A stretch of 60,000 nt of DNA from Botryllus schlosseri (lineage: Eukaryota), in NCBI GenBank assembly GCA_051294905.1, contig CM119371.1, positions 38,256,001 through 38,316,000 of the forward strand, given 5' to 3'. The notes beneath the pieces are model-generated. The model was not told the origin of the DNA. It saw only the letters and a list, made by a program, of their open reading frames with translations, and did no database searches. This document shows, piece by piece, positions 13,239-27,410 of this stretch. The position numbers and the translations under genes are program-made. Position 1 is the first letter of the stretch. The number at the start of each line of letters is the position of its first letter.

Positions 13239-14234
13239 TAGAGATGGTGCGATCCCCTGAAAGGTTCAGATTCGCGTGAACGCGAACCTTTTCGAAAGGT
13301 TCTGTGTGGACGAGAACGTGAACCTATGACGTCACGTGACGTCATACTGTATTGCTAACTCCGACCCTACATTTCAGTGGAAAGTGAAACCTAGCGACGA
13401 CTCGGGCCATATTAGGGCACAACGCTGAAGTACATACTGACTTTTTAAACGGTACTAAATGTATCAACTGGAGCAATCAAATGCTCTAATAATCCCATAA
13501 AATCAATATCTTTTGTCGTATTGCCAGCAATTTCTCGGAGGACTTGCAAAGGAAACTAAGCTTATACGCCTTAACGCCTTACGCCTTAATGTGTTTGGCG
13601 TCTGAGTATTGCTACGTTGATATTAAGCAGAGTGTCAAACGGGTTTCCATGTAGTTGCTACCGATATACTCCATAAACTAGTTATAAAGTAGCCAACACC
13701 CAGATTGCACGGATTTGTTTTTTTACGGTACAATAAACATATCAAATCAAGATGGATCCCTAAAGCCTGCTAGATTTTTTACATTTGACAACGATGAATT
13801 ATTTATATCAATTTCATTGATTGGTTGAATAAGCATAATTCACTGACGTCTTACATGTAGTGTATTTCTTTCTTGAAGTTGTGTGATTGCGGGTCAAGCT
13901 CACAGCAGAGAGTCACTAAATATTCACAAACGGAAAGCTGAATATTTCGAGGAAACTTTTGTAACAAAGGAAGTAAAATCTTGAGATTGGCCAGGTGCAC
14001 GTTAGCTTGGTGTTAATATTTTTATGCTGCCAGCGCCATGCGTAGAGGGGTTCAAAGTTGAAATGTATAGAATTTATACGAGAGGTGTTATGATGACGAA
14101 CGTGAAAAATTGTAATAAATGAAAAATCTTCTCAGTGCGGAACCTACTAAGCTTCGTTGGTGAATGTGAGCCTTTAAATTGCTGAGGTTCACACACAGAA
14201 CGCGAGCGTGAATCTCGCGTTCACACCATTCCTA
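13239..14234. mobile_element. Non-autonomous hAT element
   Basis: TAGAGATGGTG/CACCATTCCTA ends, TSD atacatag/atacatac, GTGAAC subterminal repeats. Confidence 0.8.
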
Positions 14235-15473
14235 ATACATACGCCTGTGACGGACAGAATACGATTGACATTTGGTGTATTGATGTATTTTTAATGGATG
14301 TTTCTACTATTTCCTACTAAAATTCTCAACAATGTAACAATTTTCAGAGATGCGCTGAATTATACAGACATTTTCTTCAATCTATACTCAGAATTGCTTT
14401 GCGGGCCGGACGAGATCGTCGGGCGGGCCGTATGTTTAACCCCCCTGCTCTAGGGTCTACAGAGTCTTAGGTCATAATTTTCGTGCGGGAAAACACATTG
14501 TTTGGTAGAAATGCAGGAAACATGACCCATAACCTTTGACTGACTAGGATTATGGTTGGACAAAATGGCGTACCTGGTTGACTCAATTCTGAAGCGAGTG
14601 CCAAGCATAGAGTCGAATCGAATGTTCGAGTATCCCTCAATATCATGTCATAACAACATGAAAGATGTGGCAATAAGAACGGTTGAATAGAATGCCATTT
14701 TCAAATCAAATTTAATGCTGTTTGGTATTTTTGACCATGCCCATTTCATTACACTTTGTGCCAACGCTACGGGTTGATCACAACTTCCCGTAAATGTCAT
14801 TTCAACTAACGCGCGTAGATTTGTATGCTTACTTCATGTTTCATACGCTGCGATGCGACCAATTGAGCTTTCAAGTTTTCCACAGTGGAAAATACTATCG
14901 AAACTATAGTTCTCATAAAAAAAACAACTCTTAGTGGCAAGGCGCGGATAACTCAGATACTGACACTACTCGACTAGAATCATTATAAAATAATCTGTGG
15001 AGATTCGAGCACTTAAATAACTGACCTTAGCCGTAATCGCCGCCCTGACAATATTCTCCAAATTAGAGAACTCGCATCAAGACCAGAAATCTTTCCTGAA
15101 AGTGCGCTCCGAATTATATACGCGAAAAATCGCTTGCTACCCTGCCCAAGTCGTGCCTGTCGCCACCGTTTGTAATTGACTTGATAAGGTCGGATTAGGC
15201 AAAGATTCGCATATCTCCACTCATGTCTATACCGCGACAGAATCGATTTATCTCCATCGCCGTGCTTCATTCTCCCGGTATTATGTTCTTCATAAACACG
15301 CCGGGTAATGATACCCGTGACGTCAGGCCAAATATTATATTTCGCGACATAGATTGTCAAAGTGTCATTCAATCGCAGGAAAGGAAATGGCTGAGCCTGT
15401 ATTTGGAAAATAAATTTTCAGCACCTTGAGCGAAATTTCGTTGCGTAGACCGGGTCACGTATACACTGTAATC

Positions 15474-16018
15474 CAGGGACGGGTAACATACGGCCCGCGA
15501 AGGGATTTTGACCGGCCCGCAGATAGTTTCCACCCTGGAAGTGATGTTCTATTCAGAAAGTATTGACAAATTTTATGCGTCACAGAATGAATCCAAGCTT
15601 GCGAACATAAGAAATATGGACATGAAACTACTCTGTTCGGGTGCACCCTGCACATATTGTACGTATATTTTCGACCATGAACATTAACGAGACAACGCTG
15701 CGTTCCAATATAACTGATATTCACGTGCAGTCTTTTCTAAGGGTTTCTACATACGACATGCAGTTCAAAGAACTTTTTAACAACTCTGACTAACCACATA
15801 TTTCTGATTGACTTACTGACACCTAGTGTTTATAAATTCATTAAATACTGTTTTTGGTCTCTATGCTTTAAACTTAAAGATTACATTGAATAAGATTCAT
15901 TCCTTGTATGGGTGGATAAATACGCGATTAATGTACATATTCTATTCTGTAATCCGGCCCGCCAAGTGTTTCATTTTCCGACATCCGGCACGTCAACGGG
16001 AGAAGTTGCCCGCCTTTT
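15474..16018. mobile_element. Non-autonomous hAT element
   Basis: CAGGGACGGGTAAC left end, perfect TSD ctgtaatc. Confidence 0.8.
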
Positions 16019-16757
16019 CTGTAATCCCATGGCTGGAAAATGGTTGCATTAAACAGATTTTCACCGGGTTATGAATTGTGCCTTCACATCCTTCCGATCG
16101 ATTAATTTGTGTCAAATACACCAATCCTTAGGGAGATATATCTTCAAGGTACTGGAGGTTTTGTTTTCGTTTATCACCCCAAGATATCACGACAAGAAAA
16201 AAAAGGCCACGATACCCGTATTCTGTGACAACAGAGGTATGTTGTGTACCATCGATCATCTAAAAATAGTGCATTGAGTTTAAGGTATCTGTTCGCCTCG
16301 ATTATTAGAATTTCAACGCCGGTGACGTGATATTCGGCAATACGATTGATGATATACCATGTTCTTTTCAAGTCTCTTCCAATTACTGAAGATTACCCCT
16401 GACGAGTGTAAGCCGTTTACATCAATATTAATATATTATCCAATTGTGTACTGAAGTTAAATCGTAGCGATTCTCATTACATGCCAAAGCTACTTCAAGT
16501 GGAAGGGGAGACTGACATGCTCCAGTATAGGTGACAATGGTAATCGACAAGGTGATCAGTGAGTGAGCAAATCATTGATGCTCAAAACTACAGTGACTGT
16601 GTCAAACAATGGATACAGAGAATATAATGCCATGCAGGTGCAATAAATCGAAGATAATTTGACATCCCCCGCCATATCTATTTCACGGCGCCTTGTGACG
16701 ATGCTGTTAGCTGATCACGACTACATAGAAGTATCATTTGTACTCACGATGCGTATG

Positions 16758-18089
16758 CATGGTTGCATTTAAAACAAATGGTTGTTTAAAAGAGTTTGTT
16801 TGAAACACTTTGATTACGGAACATGTTTTAAGCAGTTTCTTAAACTATGGCCTTTAAATTCTTTTTAAGTGGTTTAATTATGCCATAAATGTGTAAATAC
16901 TTTCCGAGCCCACGGACGATTACCACCTGATATAGCCGACGTATACGATATGGGATAGTTGGAACCGGCGAAGTAGTCGGTTCAACAGCTATAGCACGTA
17001 GATATAGATCAGGGGTGGCCAACCTGCGGCCGTAGAAGGAAATTTGTGCAGCCGTGGACACGTAATTAAAGTGGCATGTGTGTTGGCTGCCGTCGAAATA
17101 AAAATTGAATTTACGAATTGACCCCCGAAGTTTTAAGAAATTTTATTCAACCTTGAAATTTTCTTCTCGCTGCGCGCGATTCAATGCGACTTGATTTTTC
17201 GATTTTAATATAGTAGCACGCTTTGCGATCTGAGAACGACAGTACAGATGTGAACTACAGAGAAAAATGATGCGCCCCATATAGAAAGAAATTTGTTTCT
17301 GGTGCGTTTGCGCGATTTCATTATCTTTCCACTATACCGACAATCCTGATGGGAGGTCATGAAACGGCATGAAATAAAATGACTAATTACAATTGGCCCA
17401 CCCGAATATACATAATCATATATAACTGGCCTCAAACTTTCTAAAACACACCCTCCATCATCTTTACCGGGGAAATCGATCACATGGGCTGATAAAGGAA
17501 AAATGTTTGATAAGAATATGTGAAACTACTAATATTAATGACGAAATGCATTCGTGAATCATTGCCAATCCACGAATCGATTCATAATATGCCCACTCGC
17601 GATTTCGGTGCGTATACTAAGCCGGTATGAATAAATAGATTAGTCTGGCACTCACCGAAAATGGACATGGACACTGGACAGCTCAAAATGGGTATTTGGC
17701 GTCCAGTTTGTTCATAATGAACTATGACCTGGAATGCGGCCGTAGGCTACATGGCATATCGAAATGCAGCCGTGTATAGCAAAAGGGTTGGCCTCCCCCG
17801 ATATAGATCATTGGTACGGAATGAATGTTGTCATGATGATTTCTGCAAAAATGCTGCATGACGATCTAGTCCTGGTTAAAGATATTCTTGGTCCGTATAT
17901 GGCAGGGGTGGGAATCCTATTTCGTGAAAGGAGCTATATTTACCCTATATTTTCAATGGTGAACGTCATTCCATTATGACGTCAAAATGGAATATTCGTG
18001 GCGCCATTGTTTTAAAAAAATGTTTCAAACAAGGGTTTTGTTTCAAACATGTTTGTTTTAAATTGATTTTTGTTTTAAACGCAGCCCTA
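16758..18089 (-). mobile_element. hAT MITE F1 with nested F2
   Basis: TIRs present, TSD tgcgtatg/tgggtatg. Confidence 0.85.
17010..17800. mobile_element. hAT MITE F2 nested in F1
   Basis: CAGGGGTGGCCAACC/GGTTGGCCTCCCCCG ends, perfect TSD atatagat. Confidence 0.88.
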
Positions 18090-18565
18090 TGGGTATGTTT
18101 GCTAAGTGTTTTGCATGCTGTGATACGAACGAGTGAGGTTTCCTGTCGTACAAGTTGGATAAAGTAGCATCGGACTCTACTGTTGCGATGATTACTACAG
18201 CCCTCCATCGAATTGTTAACCAATAGAGATAAACCGATAACTTGCGCGTTCACCTTCGCCGATCACCCGATATATTTATCCGGCATCTGAAAGATATGGT
18301 ATCTGGCTTAAGACGCGCCTTCAAAACTTCAGAGCAATTATTTGAACCACGCTTCAGCAATTGATATGTTTGGACTTGAAATAAGCTATGGAAATAGTGC
18401 ACCTGGACACCAGTAACCACAGTGGTCAGTAACGAAGCCCTTTCACCCCTTTTCTAGAACTCAAGTAGCTTTTTCCTACTTGCAGTAATGACCCAAGTGC
18501 TCATAACGTTAGATTGCCTCCACTTCTACTTGAACAATATTCAGTTTTCAGCTATAAGTCTAGGC

Positions 18566-19262
18566 CAGGGGTAACCAACACGCGGCCCGTCCGCCCGGTC
18601 ATATTTTGCTGCTCGCAGATTTCGATAGAAATGCTGAAATGCTGAAATTCATTTCAGTTTCGAAATGGTGTTTTTGTTTTAGTTGTTGTTGTTTCAAAAT
18701 AATCTATTCGCCTGTCCTCAACATTACCATTCCCACTAGCTTAAAAGCCTTCGACGCTGCCAACAGCATGTCATCGAGGGGGAGCCAGCCGATATGAATG
18801 GCAATATTGCCTTGACGTGCAATGAACCAAACACTGTCAAGAGCAAGACTCTTTGAAAACGGCTCAGGGCCTTTTCATAAGATCAAGCTTTAGGAGGAGA
18901 CAGTCTTTCAGCGATATTAACGTATCTCGCCTGTCCCAATATTGATTCCTTAATGCTCGGTCGATGAAAAGCGTTGTCAGCTATCCTGCGCGGCTCATAG
19001 TTCAAAACAACATGAAATTGAATATCATAATATTTCTTGTTGCATTTGTACTACTTTTATAATGTAGGCCTATTGCTTCTTATGTGGAAACTATGACGGT
19101 CTCCGTCGTTAGGGAGCACTGCAGTGTTTTGACGTAAAGTTTTAAAAACGTGGTTGCTAAAACTGTGTGGCATTTTTGTCTTAATATATTCATTCTTGCG
19201 TCACAGGGCCTCGACGAAATTTGAAAAGCGACCCGCTACCCGTTTTGAGTTGGTGACCCGTG
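18566..19262. mobile_element. Non-autonomous hAT element
   Basis: CAGGGGTAACCAAC/GTTGGTGACCCGTG ends, perfect TSD gtctaggc. Confidence 0.88.
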
Positions 19263-20491
19263 GTCTAGGCCTATCATACTTACTATTTTTACTCATTTTG
19301 AAATCGCTGATCTACTTGCAGTCGAGTAGAAACGTACGATATTACTTTTAAGGCTCCTTCGAGATCAAACTCGAATGACGTAGCGAGGCTTGCCGGTAGT
19401 CAACGCGCACCACAACCAAACCACACTTTATATATCCTTTAAATATATTCGTTGACCAAGCCAAGGCATATTAATCTCTTGCAGTAGTGGGATGAGGCAG
19501 TGACACGGCGAATTAAAAGTTACACAAAAACAGACTCAAATGCTAGCCTAGTTGTGTCCTATCTAACAGTGCAAATCTGACCATTTTTCCACAAACGACA
19601 TTTATAGTACGCATTACCCCAGTCGAAAGGTAAATAACTACTTGATATGCCAATTAAAAAACATCAAACACATACTAAGAGCATGGCTTGGTGAATGCCC
19701 GAATGGCTTTATACTTCTAAATAACGATGGTTATATGCTATCGTTACAATTACTTCTACTTGACGTACGACGGCGACCGCTTCAACCGAATCTGCTAATA
19801 ATTTATTAGAAGGATATCAATATCCCGAGTCCAGCAGTCAGCATATTCTAGACTCCCTGAGTAACCTGTTTTTACGGCTAATGTCCGATACCAATAGTTC
19901 TTTCTATGTACACTAGCGACTCGATATTATAGACAACCCATTAATTTTATCTCTATTCAGATTCGCATCTAACTCGATTTGGATTCGTATTCGATTCACT
20001 GCCGCTGCGTGTTCACTACGAATACGACCAACCAGTTAACTTTCGTTGTCAAATTGGACCAATTGGTGCGAAATGCCGGTAATCCAGTTCTAATCCTACC
20101 TGCGAAATGTTTCTATCATCGAATTTTAATTCTTGTCTATTCTCTGGTTTTCCTGAAAATGCTACAGCGGAACTGTGTAGTGCGAAACGTGCCAGCCATG
20201 TTGCATACAGACAGTTGTCATTCTCGTACTTACGAGGATTAACTCTTATTTGATATGATATGAACAGAAATTGATTTCGTTGTATTTCTTTCTAAGTCGA
20301 GATATGATTGAATTTTCAGGCCTTTATCGAATTCGCTAATTCCAATTCCTAACTAATTTGGACAATCTGAAGATTTTCTACTTTTCTAACTTTGACTCTG
20401 TCAGCCGAAAATATTCGGGCTCATTTCAATATGAATATACTATTTAATTGTAAATTAAAGTTCTCTACCTCCAAGAAGCTCTTGACCTGAC

Positions 20492-20497
20492 TTTATT
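20492..20497 (-). promoter_or_regulatory. Putative polyadenylation signal (AATAAA) of gene B
   Basis: AATAAA on the minus strand about 95 nt after the TAG stop. Confidence 0.5.
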
Positions 20498-20589
20498 AAC
20501 AGACTAGTATGCAACAAGCAGCGACTGTATTCGTCTCGTCATTTATCAAAATGGCTATCACCGCTACGTAACGACTGCTCCATTCGTCA

Positions 20590-23500
20590 CTAGGGGCAAT
20601 ATTCGCACACGTAGAACTTGGTGGCGGAGCCAGAGGTAGCCGACAAGTCGATGTTGTTGAAGGTGGGTGCGATCGCAGAGCCGCTAGACGAAGCTGTACC
20701 GTCCGAGTACGTCTCACTGACGCCGGACTCGGTGGCGTAGACTGTGCCATCCGTCCACTTCGCGGTGGTAGTGCCATCGCCGTCTGTGTCCGTCAGCCCC
20801 AGCCAGACTGAGCCTGTGAGTCCCAGGTGGGTTTGGAAGAGCGCCCTGGAAGAGTGAAGAAACGCATTGACAACGCGCTGCGAAATCGTGGCGAACAGGA
20901 TCGCCGAAATAGCGGCATGGTAGAACAGCATGCTAATTGGACGCAGGGCTTGTATCTCTCATGCGACCATAAAGAATATTATGCCAATTCTAAACCACGT
21001 TAAAAATAGTTTGGTATTTTTAAGTCAAGACTAGCACACTGTACCACGCGACAATGGTTGATCACGACTACATAGAAATGTAATTTCGATTCAATCACGT
21101 GAATTAGTACTTCATGATTCGCATTTTGCGATCCGACCGATCGAGGCTTCAAGAAATACTATCGAATATACAGCTTTCATTGATAAATCAGCTAATAGTG
21201 GTAAATAGCATCATCATCATCTTTGGTTTATTAGCAATTTTATCAGTTCAATACACCACAAAAAATGCGATACAATGAAAAGAAAGGAAGATGCCGAAGC
21301 GACTAGGAGTTGTCTATGGAATCGGACACCCACCTATATAATTTCAGAAATACCATCTCTCACTGCTCCACTCGAATCATGAAAATTAATATTCGATTCT
21401 GATTCGAGTGCTCGAATCATTTTTGCCAGACCCAGTCAGTAGTCAGAGAACTGTAATCTTAAATCGCTATACCGGTGTTATTGACATATTTCTTATAGTT
21501 TGTTGCAGTGGCTCCCAACCTTTTCCGACTCATCGCCCCCTCATCAAGCTCGACATATATTTATCGCAGGGTTGTAACCAAGTCACAAGGCTCCGAGTCA
21601 CAAGTCAATCTCACTTTCCTAGTTTTGAGTCGAGTCAAGTCGAGTCATTTTCAATTCACCACCGAGCCAAGTCCAAGTCCGAGTCATCGAGCAGAGGTTC
21701 GAGTCGGAGTCATGGTGTTATGATTCGAGTCCGAGTCCAAGTCATTGTGCTGACTGCTCAGTTTCCAGTTAAGGTCTTTTACAGCTCTTTTGGTGATATC
21801 GAATGCTTCGCATAATATACCAATTATCCCCACAGTTTCTGGTCGCATTTTGAAGTACCAGTACCAATAGACAAAATCCCAATAAGGTGGTTACCCTACT
21901 CTTCTTCGAAACTTCAATGAAATGGCGGAGTCGAGTCGAGTCATATGACTTGGTTCGAGTCATGTGCAATGACTCGAGTCCAAGTCAAGTCAATACACAG
22001 GTTGACTCGAGTCGAGTCGAGTAATTTCCGTATTTTGAGAAAATGACTCGAGTCATTAGAAATTCGTGACTTGAGTTGGACTCGAGTGGAGACTCGAGTC
22101 ATTACAACCCAGATCTATCACCCCCTCTTTTTTCGGATGCGAGAATGACATATTAAGGGGAAATTTGTACTGATGACTCTGATCGCTGGTAAATTGACCA
22201 AGTAAAACAGGCAACTTTTGCGGCGATCCCTAAAAATTCCGGTATCTGATTATACTTTGTGGCGAGTTGACCTATTTTAGTCAATTTTCGCGGTGGTACG
22301 AGAATAACCCGATTTTCACGTGCATTTTGTGGCGGCATTCGGTTGCTGGTTAATTAAATAAATGCATGAATAATCAGAGGTGGTCATAGTAACGAAGTAC
22401 TTCCACATTTAAGAAATACTCAAATAGTTTGTCGCTACTTGGGTACTTACTAAAGTAGATCTAATTTCCCGCTACTTCTACTCGCTATTTCAGTTTCTCA
22501 AGTAGAAGTAGTTGAATTCTCCAATCATACAGAATGGCAGAGGAATTTCAGGGCTGTTTTGACGAAGTATCAACATTTAATTTTCAAGAAAGTTACAAAG
22601 TATCGACGAATATAATTTAGGAAGCGGGTTGCGTGGTTCCGTTTATACCACATTGTCGCCCATATGAAGTATTTCATCACAGTAAATATGGCCCATAATA
22701 ACGTTCCAAACTAAAATTTTGAAATGTAGCATTTACTTATATCTGGAAAAGTGGACTTTGTCTTTTCTTAGCTTTACACCTGTTTTAGCAGGGAGTAAAT
22801 AGGTTCCCGACCCCTGTTCTAGACTATACTTCCGTTTGTGGTTAACAGTCTTCAGCTTTTAGTCGAAACTAGGAATAGAATACTTAGTCAGACAACTCTC
22901 GCGTGTAAGTAAATGGACAACATTACGTCTACTTGAGTACGTACGATGTCTACTTTGATCACCTTTGTCTCCACGTATGGTCAACCTTGAACACGCTTTA
23001 CAAATCTCGAATATTCGATTAGTAATCAAAGCATACATTCGAGTCGAGGTGTTCGGTAGCTTACATAGAGAGGGGTCGTAATTCGTGCGTTGCATTCAAA
23101 TATTTTGTTCGTCTGTACCATGAAGAATGTCGTATTTTTCTGACGGTTCAGTTGCAAAAAGTCTGCACTCACAGCCGGTCCGCCGCGGTCCTGACGTTCT
23201 TATGCGCGAGACCCACTTTGGGGCCGAATGCTGCGCACGCAGCCGCTGCAACTGTCCCAGTCGCCGGAAAGTTACTGGCTTCGTACTGACATCCTTTGTA
23301 GGTTTTCCAGTCGGCCTGCAATGTAGATCAACATTTTGAATAACAGGCGTTTATATCGAACGAGTGCGCGTACCGACTCCTGATAACACACCTATGCTAT
23401 CACACCTACTTTTGAATGTTTTAAATGAGTTTATTTAACTTAGGGATGACGGTCGGTTTCGCTGATTGCTAAAGAAAATGAAAATTTGAATCTATGAGCA

Positions 23501-26500
23501 TTGAGAAGCGATCTGATAGATATGCTGATTCTACTTTTGATTGAATTTTCGGACATACAATCCTGGTGGCATTATAACCATGTTACTGTTTAACACGCTT
23601 TACAATTGAATAGTATATTCATATTTAAATGAACACGAAATGAGCAACTAGGTGAGAATCTCACCCTTGACTCATCCGGTAAACCTTGATGCTTGGCAAT
23701 CAAAGGCCATAAATTCTGCCATTGGCTAACATCTGTTGGATAATCCAGCTTGTGCGAAAAACTATTGAGACTACAGATTTCGATACGCTGGGAGGGGCCG
23801 TTCACACTTTCAAATGTGTGCCGTGGAGTCGAATTTCATCAAAATGCACCAGCCCAGACTGTGTCTACAAAAAGAGTATGTGTAGGCCTACCATCTAAAA
23901 TAGTACATTGAAATCTCTCGTATTTGAATTTTCATGCTGGTGACGTCGTATTTTGTGATACGATTGTTGATATGCAATGTTCTTTTCCAATTCTCTACTA
24001 GTTCAGTTTGTTTCATTAGCAATTTTTATCAGTTCAATACACCACAAAAATTGCGATACAATGAAAAGATAGGAAGGTGTCGAAACGACAAGGAGTAGTC
24101 TTTAGAATCAGACACCCACCTTGGCCTAGACCAGGGGTTCTCATAGGGTGGGCCATGGCCCACTGGTGGGCCACAGAGCATTTTTAGGTGGGCCACAGAG
24201 CTATTTAGAAAAATCAAAATTAATGTAAGTTCAGTTATATTTCTTATGTTTTTGCTAAATATACATTCGTATTATCTAATTATACGTAGGCTATATACAT
24301 AAAGCTTTTCATCCGACTCTGATTAGACGTAGTGGCACGTATGAAGTCAGCTTGTACAAATCGAAAACGTAAGGGAGAAACGGTGGCTTTTTCTACTGGC
24401 TATGACAACCTACAGCTAACAGGACCTAAAATAATTTCAATCGTATAATAGGTCTAACTGGAAGATAATGCTGAAGTAACCAAGTATTCAAGCAGGGTCA
24501 TATGTCGTATGCCGTTGAATGGGATATGTAATGAACTTGCAATGAAGTGGAATTGATGTACAGATTTACTGTACTTCGGCAGGCCGTATTATTGCAAGCT
24601 AAAATTAGCCATAATTGCAAATTATTAGCAACTTCTGGCCGGGGTATACTGCACCACCGCAACGAATCTTAATGGATTGAGGATTTAACGGAGCGCATTA
24701 ATCTTGGAAGTCGGTTTAAAATGTCCGGCCTGGAAATCATTGTACATAATGAAAGAGTCACAGGAATTGATTGTATCATTGGATTGAATATTCTGACATC
24801 GCAACTTTGGTTGTTTTGGTACAAGACGTACAAAGTAGCCTACATCATGCATATGGAAAAATCTTTCTCCACTTCTCTGTAGTACTCCATTCACCAATTA
24901 ATTGTTCGATGCTGGCCCAGAATGATTTTAATATTCCCCACAATAGTATCACTCAAGTCCTAATCGCACAGTGCGGGGATCTCATCATTGTCTTTCGCGA
25001 CGCGAATGGAGCAGCGGACGAAAATAATCTACTTAGGAGTTTTAGCATATGATCTACCAGGGCCGTAACTGGAGGATATTTATTCAACTAGAATTTTTTT
25101 TCGCGCTTCGCGCGATTTCGTATCCCGGGAGATCGGGATTTAAATATCATCACTTAGAGAAAATGCATGCGCATATTTTAGAGAAATAGGCATATCGGCG
25201 CTGTCCATGACCATGCATTAAACAGGATTATGACTGTAAGATATCAGGTGGGCCACAGCACATTTTTAAACCGGAAAATGGGTCACGGCCAAGAAAGGGC
25301 TGAGAACCCCTGGCCTAGACGATGTAAAGAGAAGGCATGTACGCTGAATGAAAAGTAAAAGAATATAGAAAAGAAGAACCAAACTACAAAAAGTTGCTGA
25401 CAATTACCTCTGACGAGTGTCAGCCGAAAATATTCAGGTTCAGTTCAATATGAACATACTGTTTGATCGTATATTGAAGTTCTGTACCTCCAAGAAGCTA
25501 TTCTAATACGCTTTAGCAAATATCCAACACTGTTGTTGTGTAAAACATGCCTTCGTCACATTTTAGCGATAACGACAGCAGCACAATGTAATGGTGTCTT
25601 AAAAATTTTTCCGATTCCGCAGCTCATAATTTGATAAATTGTACCTATTATAATTAGGACGTGAGGTTGAAGGGAAGTGTTCCAAAGTGCAGTGACCTGT
25701 TCGCTGTATGTAAACTGATACTTATTGAAATACCTCTAACGTCGAAATATATTTTACCAAAGGCAGCACTGAAATTAATAAAATTGATGGAGTTTTAGGT
25801 TTACAATCACAGTCGTAATTCGAATTGAGTCATTTCCGTTTTGACCGGTAATAAATTAAAAAAATACACTATAATAAGATCATGGTATCATGGTGAAATA
25901 AATTTCAAAAACGCTCATTCGCTGCAGTAATTAGATTTTCAAGTCGCAGTTTATCAATAGTTTGAGGCTTTTTTGGGGCCGCACAAAATGTTGACGGGCA
26001 ATAGTTTGTCAACTTTCATATTACAGACACCTATGATGTGAACCGTGATGTAACAATAGCAACAAAGACGGATTGAACTGTACTATAGTACAGAATACAG
26101 TTATTCAGAAGTTACACAACTAAAAACAACAAGACTAATATGAGAATTGCAAGTTATAACGAATTACTTCCGTCTGCATAAATTTGATTGTTCAACATGA
26201 TATAGATGGTAACATCAGTTTCTTCAGTAACTTCGGTGTTACCAGGTCGGTGTTGCGTTCGTAAAATCTATGTTTGTTGCAAGCTATTGTTACATTGCGA
26301 ATTTTACGGTCTGCGATTGTAATAACGATCATAGTTTTGTTGTAAATAAACTCTTACGAAGATAACACACGTCACCCACCGATTATTCGCCGTGTCGTTA
26401 CAGACACGGGCATTAAGCGGTAACGCAGTACTTCGATTTTTTGAGTGTGTTTTGCCAATCTGCGTTACATCATGTAGCCTATCTCTGTGCTATTTCAACC

Positions 26501-27358
26501 TTTCTTTTTAAACGTGGGCTCGTATAGTGTGTATAATGTATTTCATGAGCTGGTTTGCATCCGTTTTACGAGTGAAATTGTCATGATAATTTATGGCCGA
26601 AATAGCCCCATCATCAAGCTAAAGTGATATACGTAAAATGCCGGTGGTTGGATTCATCCTACTCGTTGGAAGTGATCCAAATTACTCGTGCATAATTTTT
26701 TAAGCAACTCAACAATGCGATGAAGTTGACAGCAACATTTTAAAGCATATTTTTTTTATCAAATTTATGATTTTCAAACTCTATTAGCTTCACCTCTACA
26801 GGTTGAAACCGAGCCGAATTCGGTGTGCAGCGTTTCATTACCCAAACGAATGCTTTTATAGAGCAGTCAGTAAAATTTGATAAAAAAACGTGTATTTCAG
26901 CAACTGTAAGGTAGGCCACAATTTTGTGTAAACACTAAAAATATGTATCATTCTGAAAACGGTTGAATATCACTGATCTATACTAGCACTCGAATATTGG
27001 GACAAGGGCACTTACCGGAACAACAGTTGTCGTTACCGGTCCCGCCGTTGTTGTCGTTGTTCTTGTTAGCAACCTGCTGATCACTGTATGAGAAGATAAC
27101 CAGTTGGTAATGGTCGTCGAGTCATTTGCCTGGTTAATATATTACACTCACATTTGACAACTTCTACCGTCAGGAGGAGTTGAACCAATCTCTGCGTCTG
27201 ATAATTTGGAGGATACACATATCCGGCGGGAGCGGCTTGTCTCCCGACTACGACTCCCGGGTTGTTGTACTGAATGATAAGAAAGTAGTTATTGCCGGAA
27301 TATCGGAATATGAAGGAATATAGCAGCAAGATAGAGAAGTCCAAATCCACACACACCC

Positions 27359-27410
<52 letters not shown>

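Noticed and set aside
20846..20931. N-terminal extensions of ORFs 20590-20931, 41322-41657, 27081-27356 and 51348-51557 as single-exon genes
   Set aside because: The extensions are intronic read-through beyond conserved splice acceptors (one runs into a MITE); only the exon cores are conserved between paralogs
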